A DNA stretch of 64,000 nucleotides from Desulfobacterales bacterium. GTDB taxonomy: Bacteria > Desulfobacterota > Desulfobacteria > Desulfobacterales > UBA5852. The position numbers and the translations under genes are program-made. Of the stretch, positions 39,284 to 46,597 are shown in pieces. The stretch is from assembly GCA_963674755.2 (NCBI GenBank), contig CAXXVS010000002.1, positions 1,024,001 through 1,088,000 on the forward strand, written 5' to 3'. How positions within the stretch are numbered: the first letter of the stretch is position 1; each line of letters starts with the position of its first letter. The notes below the pieces were generated by a model that saw nothing but the letters and a program-made list of their open reading frames with translations, was not told the DNA's origin and searched no databases.

Positions 39284-39481
39284 TCAAGGGCGGGGGGAAA
39301 AATGAAGGCAGCTTATTCCCGGTGTAGCGCGCATCACTTCCAGGGAGGGCGTGCGCCGGCTTTTGAACGCCATGGCATGGCACCCGTAAGGATGACGGGG
39401 CTCCCAGGTGAGATAATAGTGACGGCAATCACGACACATCGGCGGGCGCGATCGTGTTTGTTTGGTCTTGGACGTCAGCAT
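39284..39481 (-). CDS. small Cys-rich (probable metal-binding) protein
   Basis: CRDCRHYYLTWE...PYGC.AMAFKS...C..F pattern. Confidence 0.65.
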   Translation of the reverse strand: MLTSKTKQTRSRPPMCRDCRHYYLTWEPRHPYGCHAMAFKSRRTPSLEVMRATPGISCLHFSPRP

Positions 39482-39542
39482 CGGGCAAACTTGGTCGACG
39501 GAAGGAGATTGCCATGATCTTCGGGAAATAAGGTCGATGCGT

Positions 39543-40010
39543 TCAGCGTTGAGTCTCGATTTCGATTCCCATTTGCTTCAGCATGTCCCACGCCCGGTCA
39601 TACGCCTCGCCACGTTGTCCGGACGACGCCACGACAATGGCATGGATCACGTCATCACTCACGCCGGATTGTTTCAGTTCGACAAGGTCCTGGACGGAAG
39701 ATAACCGCAGTGGCTTTAGCGACCGCCCGTAGACGATCGGTCGGGACTGCTTCATAAAGGATCGTTCCGTAACCAGGATTTCCATGGTTTCATCTGTCAT
39801 ACCGGCTTCTTTTAGCTGAATGAGTTCTTCAACGGTGAAGGCCGCCGTTTCGATTACCTTCTCCCGCACCACCGCCTGAATAACCCGATCACCCAATCCG
39901 GCTTGTTTTAAGGCCACCAGATCCCTGGACGACATTCCTGCCGCTTCGCCAGGCCCGTAGACGGCCATCAGAAAGCAAACCAAAACGGCTTTAACCATGC
40001 GAGACATCAT
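39543..40010 (-). CDS. exported hypothetical protein with three short helical repeats
   Basis: signal-like N-terminus; DLVALKQAGLGD / ELIQLKEAGMTD / DLVELKQSGVSD; TGATG overlap with flgL. Confidence 0.7.
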   Translation of the reverse strand: MMSRMVKAVLVCFLMAVYGPGEAAGMSSRDLVALKQAGLGDRVIQAVVREKVIETAAFTVEELIQLKEAGMTDETMEILVTERSFMKQSRPIVYGRSLKPLRLSSVQDLVELKQSGVSDDVIHAIVVASSGQRGEAYDRAWDMLKQMGIEIETQR

Positions 40011-40879
40011 CAACTCAGAAAATTCATCAGGGTTGGCTGAATGATCTTGGCGGCAGCGTTCAAGGACATTTCATAAGCCAATTCCTGGTTGTTGAAATCA
40101 ATGATGGTTTCTTCGGGAACGGCCTTTTCCGTCCTATCCATCATTTCCTCGAAGGTGAGTTTCAATTTGGCCGTCTGTCGCTCTACCAGCTCAAGTTGCT
40201 CATATTTGGCCCCGCTTTCGGCACGAACCATCTCAACCTGATCCTTGGCTTGATCGAAGCGGTCGACCTGGTCCCGAATCAGGGTCACATCGTCTGTTTG
40301 CAGCCCGACCAGCAACTGATCCAGGGCATCGAAGACATCTTCCGCGCCTTGGAACACCCGGCTGCCGTCCGCTTCGACCTGCATCTCCATGTTGTCCGCC
40401 GTCATGACGCTGTAATAGCCGTTGTCGCCATTATAAGTACCGGTAGCATCAAAAGCCGGCGTCAGGCTTTGAAACCCTGAAAAGACATAGACATTGCCCA
40501 TCTTGGAGTTGCCCAACTGCACCAGCTGGTCGCGGATATTCTGCACACTGGTGATGGCGGCCTCACGATCCATAGATTCTGAACCGGCCTGGTCTACGGC
40601 CCAGTTTTTGGCATCCACGATCAATTCTTCCACGCCCTCCAGAGCAGTTTCAAGAAACTCGACGCGGTTTTTGGCACTCTGAATGTTGCGGTCGTACTGG
40701 TCGAGAGAAGAGAGGGTCTTGCGGTAGTCCAAAACCTTGCCAAATCCCAGAGGGTCGTCGGAAGGCCGGTTGATCCGTTTGCCGGATGACATGGTTTCCT
40801 GTTTGCGGGCCAGTTGCTCGGACTGGCGGAACAGATTACGTTTAACCGTGGCGGTCATCATACTGTTGGTAATGCGCAT
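40010..40879 (-). CDS. flgL: flagellar hook-associated protein 3
   Basis: MRIT, SSGKRINRPSDDP, YVFSG, TLMNFL; follows flgK. Confidence 0.95.
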   Translation of the reverse strand: MRITNSMMTATVKRNLFRQSEQLARKQETMSSGKRINRPSDDPLGFGKVLDYRKTLSSLDQYDRNIQSAKNRVEFLETALEGVEELIVDAKNWAVDQAGSESMDREAAITSVQNIRDQLVQLGNSKMGNVYVFSGFQSLTPAFDATGTYNGDNGYYSVMTADNMEMQVEADGSRVFQGAEDVFDALDQLLVGLQTDDVTLIRDQVDRFDQAKDQVEMVRAESGAKYEQLELVERQTAKLKLTFEEMMDRTEKAVPEETIIDFNNQELAYEMSLNAAAKIIQPTLMNFLS

Positions 40880-40971
40880 GGCGTTCTCCTTGAAGGCTTG
40901 GGACCAGGCTCCAGGGCTGAGATTCATCCGCCTCTGGCGGATCGAACGAAAAAACGTGTTTGCGATATGGT

Positions 40972-42381
40972 CTAGACCATATTCAACACCGTATTGAGCA
41001 TGTCGTCCACCGTGGTAATCAACTTGGCGGCGGCTTGATAGGCATGTTGGAACTTGACCAGATTGACCATCTCTTCGTCCAGGGATACCCCCGATACGGA
41101 CTCGCGATAGTTTTCGAGATGGGATACCATGGCGTTTTCATACTCGGCGTTGGCGGAGGCGTTGCTCACATCGCTGCCGACACCGCTGGCCAACGCGCTG
41201 TAGTAGCTGTCGAAAGTCGTACTGGCGCTGTTCATGGTCAGCACCCCCTGTAAGTTGGCCATAGCGATGGCGTTGGTGTTGTCCCCCGGCACGCTGGCCG
41301 CGGTGGCCGCCGCGGCAATGCGGTTGACATCCCCGGCAATAGCTGCGTCGACCTCCATGGTGGCGGCTGTGGTGCCGACGAAAAAGGGTTGCCCGGTTAC
41401 CGGATCGCCGGTAGTCGCATCGATGGTCATGCCGAATCCGGACTGGTGGATGGCATTCACTTCGGTTACGATCGTGCTGGCCAGCTCATCCAGACGATCC
41501 AGATAGTCCTGAGCAAATCCGTCACGAACATCGAGCCATCCCTTGAGCTCACCCCCCCCAATGCTGCCGGTGATGTCGATGCCCGTTCCGCCCCTGTCCA
41601 TCCAGACGACATCCTGCAACCCGTCGGCACTGGTGACCGTAGAGAGCTCATAGGCATAAGGGCTCTGCACCAGCGGGTTTCCGTTGGCCGTCATCACCGT
41701 GACCTGCCCCTGGTCATTCTCGTAGGTATTGATGTCGATCAGTTTGGACAACTCTTTCAGTAGTTGGTCGCGCTGGTCCCGGTAGTCGTTGGAATTTTGC
41801 CCGGCGATTTCCACCTGGCTGATTTTTTCGTTCAAGTCGACAATTTGCCGACTAATGCCATTGATTTCATCCACAGTCCCTACAATCGACTGATCATAAT
41901 CAAGCTGAATTTGTTGCAGGTTCGCCGACATGGTGTTGATCGTTCGGGCAAGGGTCTGGCCGCGCGTCAGTAGTGCCGTGCGCTCCGGATAACCCGAGGG
42001 ATTGTTGGCCAAATCCTGCCAGGACGCCCAGAATTGGCTCATGACCTCTTCGAGACCGGCGCCGGAACTTTCATTGAAGATCAATTCGATACGTGACAAC
42101 CCGCTTTCGGTTGCTTCCCATTGACCCAGTTTGGAATTCTCGCCGCTGATCTGCCCGCCGATAAAACTGTCGTAAATACGCTGGATTTCAGCGGCTTTGA
42201 CACCGGTGCCCATTTGACCGGGCTCAAAATTGATCGGTGTGCTGGGCTCCATGACCACCCGCTGCCGCGAGTAACCCGGCGTGTTGACATTCGCGATATT
42301 CTGCCCTGTGACATCAATGGCTTTTTGCTGCGTCAACAAGGAGCGGGTCGCTACGTTTAAGATTCCATAGATATCAGGCAT
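40972..42381 (-). CDS. flgK: flagellar hook-associated protein 1
   Basis: NIANVNTPGYSRQ, DQRDQL, SGVSLDEEM, AYQAAAK. Confidence 0.96.
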   Translation of the reverse strand: MPDIYGILNVATRSLLTQQKAIDVTGQNIANVNTPGYSRQRVVMEPSTPINFEPGQMGTGVKAAEIQRIYDSFIGGQISGENSKLGQWEATESGLSRIELIFNESSGAGLEEVMSQFWASWQDLANNPSGYPERTALLTRGQTLARTINTMSANLQQIQLDYDQSIVGTVDEINGISRQIVDLNEKISQVEIAGQNSNDYRDQRDQLLKELSKLIDINTYENDQGQVTVMTANGNPLVQSPYAYELSTVTSADGLQDVVWMDRGGTGIDITGSIGGGELKGWLDVRDGFAQDYLDRLDELASTIVTEVNAIHQSGFGMTIDATTGDPVTGQPFFVGTTAATMEVDAAIAGDVNRIAAAATAASVPGDNTNAIAMANLQGVLTMNSASTTFDSYYSALASGVGSDVSNASANAEYENAMVSHLENYRESVSGVSLDEEMVNLVKFQHAYQAAAKLITTVDDMLNTVLNMV

Positions 42382-42402
42382 GGCTCATCACCTTTTTACA
42401 GT

Positions 42403-43452
42403 CTATCCATTCCCATTGCGCGCCAACGCGTTGAAAATCGCCTTGGGGACTTTATGCAGCGGCTGGATTTCATGGACGCCACCGAGTTTGATGGCCTCTT
42501 TGGGCATCCCGAAGACCACGCAGGTCTGTTCATCCTGGGAAATATTGTAGGCGCCGTTCTGGTGCATCGCCAGCATTCCTTTGGCGCCGTCAGCCCCCAT
42601 GCCGGTGAGAATGACGCCGACCGCGTTGCGCCCGGCATGCTTGGCCACCGAATGGAACATGACATCGACGCTCGGTCGCTGGTAATGAACCCGGGGACCG
42701 CCTTTGATTTGCACCAGATAGTTCCCGCCACTGCGGTGCAGGACCATGTGGTGGTTGCCCGGCGCAATCAGGGCCAGACCGGGCACCACGTGATCGTTGT
42801 CTTGGGCTTCGCGAACTTCCATGGGGCAAAGGCTGTTCAGTCGCTCGGCGAACGTCTTGGTGAATGTCTCCGGCATATGCTGGACAATGACAGTTCCGGG
42901 CGATCCTGCCGGCAGGTCCTTGAGAACGGCCTCGATGGCTTTGGTGCCTCCGGTCGAAGCGCCGATGGCGATAATCTGGTGAGTGGTTTTGGTCAAAAGA
43001 CCGCTGCTCAGGCTGACTTTTTCATGTCTCCCGTCGACATTACTGGACGAGACGGCGCTGACTTTGGCGTTCGCTGCGGCCCGAATGGCATGCACCAGCT
43101 GTCGAGACGCATCCTGAGTGGAGTACGCGGAACCGGTTTTGCATAGGACCTCGACAGCACCCAGATCGAGGGCCTTGATGGCGGTTTCGCTGTTGCGCGG
43201 TGTCAGTGAACTCAGCACAATGACCGGCAGAGGATAGTGTTTCATAAGCTTTGCCAGAAACGATAACCCGTCCATGCGGGGCATTTCCAGATCCAAAGTG
43301 ATGACATCCGGCTTGAGCTTGATGATCTTATCCCTCGCCACATAGGGATCGACGGCCGTGCCGACAATGTCGATATCCTCATAACGTGACAATTGGTCGC
43401 TCAGTATTTTCCGTACGACTGCGGAATCGTCTACAATCAGAACTTTAATCAT
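42403..43452 (-). CDS. cheB: chemotaxis methylesterase/response regulator
   Basis: receiver LDLEMP; GASTGG, VQHMP, RPSVD, LTGMGADG, VFGMP. Confidence 0.97.
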   Translation of the reverse strand: MIKVLIVDDSAVVRKILSDQLSRYEDIDIVGTAVDPYVARDKIIKLKPDVITLDLEMPRMDGLSFLAKLMKHYPLPVIVLSSLTPRNSETAIKALDLGAVEVLCKTGSAYSTQDASRQLVHAIRAAANAKVSAVSSSNVDGRHEKVSLSSGLLTKTTHQIIAIGASTGGTKAIEAVLKDLPAGSPGTVIVQHMPETFTKTFAERLNSLCPMEVREAQDNDHVVPGLALIAPGNHHMVLHRSGGNYLVQIKGGPRVHYQRPSVDVMFHSVAKHAGRNAVGVILTGMGADGAKGMLAMHQNGAYNISQDEQTCVVFGMPKEAIKLGGVHEIQPLHKVPKAIFNALARNGNG

Positions 43453-43511
43453 AGCGGCTCTCTGGTATTCCGAATACGGGCCTGAATCAGCTGCAAGCAT
43501 TGCTCACGCAT

Positions 43512-43985
43512 TCATGTGGACCGTAAGTAAAGTTGACATTCGCCTTCATCCAGACTCAAAAAAGCCGAAGCATAACCTTGGGGATCCGATTGGTACTCCT
43601 TGATCAACGCCTTTGCGGCTTCAGCCTCCAGAATTTGTGGTTTCTGGATATCAAAAACGGCCTCAACGCCTCCAATGCGCGGCAGGAGATTTCCACAAAT
43701 TACATTCAAAGCTTCCTGCAGGGCATCCTTTTGCTGATCGACCGGTGGTGCTTCATCTTCCTCAAGCCCCAGCATGTTGGCGGCGAGTTCGGGCAGGGCC
43801 GCAGAGGAAATAAGCATCAGCAATCCTCCCTGGGCGTGGCCATTGAAGGTGACATGGCAGCTGGTGACACTTTCCGCCCATATGGCATCGGGATCCACAT
43901 CGTCCGCAAAGCTGAAAATAAACGCCAGCTGCTCCAATGTTTCTACGGTGACTTCCATCAGCACATCTGAATGCTCATGATGCAT
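43512..43985 (-). CDS. cheX: CheX/CheC-family chemotaxis phosphatase
   Basis: LAANMLG, DALQEALNVICGN (E-x2-N); follows cheY. Confidence 0.75.
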   Translation of the reverse strand: MHHEHSDVLMEVTVETLEQLAFIFSFADDVDPDAIWAESVTSCHVTFNGHAQGGLLMLISSAALPELAANMLGLEEDEAPPVDQQKDALQEALNVICGNLLPRIGGVEAVFDIQKPQILEAEAAKALIKEYQSDPQGYASAFLSLDEGECQLYLRST

Positions 43986-44367
43986 TGCTATCTCCTATTC
44001 CCGTTAAGGCATGAATGGAGTCCCGTATGATTTCAGGCGTAAAGGGTTTATGGATAAATTTTATCCCTTTACGTTCAAGTCGTTCGATACGGGTGGCACT
44101 GCCCTCGGTCGAAATCACGATGGTCGGCAGATTCGCCAACTCCGGGTCGGCCTTCATGTGATCAATCATTTCCTCGCCATTCATAACGGGCATATTGATA
44201 TCGGCGACCACCAGATCGACCCAATTGCCGCGGGCGGCATCCAGCCCCTCCTGTCCGTTGCCGGCCTGATAAACTTCCCCCAAGTCAAGCCCGCTCATTC
44301 GTATGGTTTTGATAATCATCGCCCGCATAACACTGCTGTCATCGACGATTAGAACATTGAGTGGCAT
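43975..44367 (-). CDS. cheY: single-domain response regulator (CheY-like)
   Basis: LIVDDS, DINMP.MNG, IST, KPF. Confidence 0.85.
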   Translation of the reverse strand: MPLNVLIVDDSSVMRAMIIKTIRMSGLDLGEVYQAGNGQEGLDAARGNWVDLVVADINMPVMNGEEMIDHMKADPELANLPTIVISTEGSATRIERLERKGIKFIHKPFTPEIIRDSIHALTGIGDSNAS

Positions 44368-44401
44368 AGCATTACCCCATTACCCTTTTCCCGTTGCACG
44401 G

Positions 44402-45253
44402 TTATTCTTCTAAAAAAACGTCTGAGAGTTCTTCGATCCACTGCAGCGTCTGACTGGCAACACGCTCCAACGTGAATGGCTTCAGGCCGAGGCGGCGTGT
44501 GACCGCAGGTGATGGCTTGTACTGCAGCCCTTCCCGGCCGACCCCGATTCCCATCATCAGGCAGAGGACATTGGCGACATGAACGACATCCGTTGTACAG
44601 TTCGTTGTGTCGGCTCCTTCGGGATCATGGTGCCAGCGCACCGCATGAACCAGATCTCCAGGAAGCGACCAATTCGAGAGAATGTGGGCGCCGATTTCGG
44701 CGTGGTCGATGCCCAGCACCGCTTTTTCAGCAACTTCAAAGGATATGTCGCTGCCGGCAGCGGTCTGGATGGCAGCCAGATCCTCCTGGATAAATTGGCC
44801 CAGAATCAGTTTGCCGACATCATGTACCAAAGCGGCGGTAAAGATATCCTCCGTGTCCTTCAGTTTTAACTCCCGGCTTAATCCTTCCGCCGCCACTGAA
44901 ACGGCGATGGAGTGGCGCCATAGTTCACCCCCCGGCAAATCGTAGCCGGGAATCGGCCCATTCATCACGGCCCCTACACAGGAAGTCATCACGAGTTGTT
45001 TGATTTTTTTTATGCCCAACAGCATGACGGCGCGTTTGACCGATCCGACTTTGGAGGTCAGACCGATATAGGCTGAATTGCTGAGCTTGAGAACGTTGGC
45101 AGTCATACCCGGATCCAACCGCAGAACGTCTTCAATGGCCTGAACGGATGTTTCCGGGTCTTCCAACATGTTAAGAAGTTTGACAGTCGATCCTGGAATG
45201 CTCGGAAAGGCGTCAATCTTGACTAAAATCTTTTCGAGATATTCTGATTTCAT
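44402..45253 (-). CDS. HDOD domain protein
   Basis: DPGMTANVLKLSNSA, LWRHS, LVHDVGK, HAEIG, W.LP, HH. Confidence 0.92.
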   Translation of the reverse strand: MKSEYLEKILVKIDAFPSIPGSTVKLLNMLEDPETSVQAIEDVLRLDPGMTANVLKLSNSAYIGLTSKVGSVKRAVMLLGIKKIKQLVMTSCVGAVMNGPIPGYDLPGGELWRHSIAVSVAAEGLSRELKLKDTEDIFTAALVHDVGKLILGQFIQEDLAAIQTAAGSDISFEVAEKAVLGIDHAEIGAHILSNWSLPGDLVHAVRWHHDPEGADTTNCTTDVVHVANVLCLMMGIGVGREGLQYKPSPAVTRRLGLKPFTLERVASQTLQWIEELSDVFLEE

Positions 45254-45723
45254 AGCTGGCTCACTGACCCGTTGCTGGAAATTTTGACTTCTCCGGTAGT
45301 AATGTCGAAATGCACGGTTCGCCCGGCATGCCCTCCGACATCGTCAGCCTTCAGAAGAACGTTGTTTTTCCAGAGCAGCTTTTTCAAGACCGTGAAATTG
45401 CGTTCCCCGATTTTAAAGATTTCGTTTTTACCCAGCGGTTGACCGCAGCCGGCCGCTTTGACAACCAAGCGGCTTTTCTCTCCGCCAATCCGGTAAATTT
45501 CCTTAAACAACTTGGGAACTCCCAGATCCACGAACATATAGGGGTTGTTAGCCGCTTTTTCCGGGTTAATCTTGGACAGGGGCAGCATGGCATGCAGAAG
45601 GCCCCCTACCAGGGCCTGCGGGTCATAAACCATTAGACCCAGGCAACTCCCCAGAGCGTGGGTGACTAAGACATCGCCCTTCTTGCCTAGTTTCATATCG
45701 GCTACCACAACGACATTTTTCAT
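45250..45723 (-). CDS. cheD: chemoreceptor glutamine deamidase
   Basis: LGSC, LHAMLP, IGERN, DVGG..GR. Confidence 0.93.
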   Translation of the reverse strand: MKNVVVVADMKLGKKGDVLVTHALGSCLGLMVYDPQALVGGLLHAMLPLSKINPEKAANNPYMFVDLGVPKLFKEIYRIGGEKSRLVVKAAGCGQPLGKNEIFKIGERNFTVLKKLLWKNNVLLKADDVGGHAGRTVHFDITTGEVKISSNGSVSQL

Positions 45724-45746
45724 TTATGCCATCCGAACCCTGTAGT

Positions 45747-46568
45747 TCATTTCCGTTTTCGATAGATTGCGGGTTTCATATACTGAAAAGCGTGACGCAC
45801 TCCGGAAAGGCCTTCGGAATGGCCCACAAAAAGATACCCCCCCGGCATCAACAGCTCATAAAAGCGGTTCACCAACTCCTGCTGGGTCGGGCGGTCGAAA
45901 TAAATCATAACGTTTCGGCAGAAAATGACGTTGAAAGGCCCTTTCATAGGCCAGGCCTGCATCAGGTTCAAGGGCGCCAAACGCACCAGTTTGCGCAATG
46001 CCGGTTTCACACGATAGCGTTTTTCCACGCCATTGGGGCAGCATTCGAAGTATTTCTGAACCAACGGCCGGGGAACATCCACCATACGTTCTTGGGAATA
46101 GACGGCTTCACGCGCGGTTTCCAACATCCGGTCGGAAATGTCCGTGGACAGGATCAAAACATCTTTTTTATCGATCGCGGCGATATTTTCCCGCAACACC
46201 ATAGCCAGCGTGTAAGGCTCCTCACCCGAGGAGCAGGCCGCACTCCAGAATCGCAGCCGCTGCTGATCGAGTTCGGGAAGAATCGCTTCGGCCAGATAGT
46301 CGAAATGCGCCGACTCCCGGAAAAAGCTGGTTTTGTTGGTGGTCATGACATCGATCAGGGTATGGATTTCGTCTCGACCCCGTTCGCTGGCGATCAAATC
46401 CATATAGGCCTTGATGCTCGGAATCGCCAGCGCCCGCAGGCGTTTCATAAGCCGTGCACGTACCAAGGCTTCCTTGCCGGATTTCAGGTTGATACCGCAT
46501 TGCTGGTAAACAAGCTGGCTGATTTCTTCGAATTGCCGGTGGTTTAATTCCGCTGTCGACAAGCTCAT
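45747..46568 (-). CDS. cheR: chemotaxis methyltransferase
   Basis: TTNKTSFFRE, WSAACSSGEEPY, IFCRNVMIYFD, GHSE. Confidence 0.97.
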   Translation of the reverse strand: MSLSTAELNHRQFEEISQLVYQQCGINLKSGKEALVRARLMKRLRALAIPSIKAYMDLIASERGRDEIHTLIDVMTTNKTSFFRESAHFDYLAEAILPELDQQRLRFWSAACSSGEEPYTLAMVLRENIAAIDKKDVLILSTDISDRMLETAREAVYSQERMVDVPRPLVQKYFECCPNGVEKRYRVKPALRKLVRLAPLNLMQAWPMKGPFNVIFCRNVMIYFDRPTQQELVNRFYELLMPGGYLFVGHSEGLSGVRHAFQYMKPAIYRKRK

Positions 46569-46597
46569 CGTCTTACGCTTTCCTGCTAAGTGGTAGA

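Noticed and set aside
39284..39481. Uracil-DNA glycosylase label that I recall being given to similar small Cys-rich proteins
   Set aside because: 65 aa with no UDG catalytic motifs.
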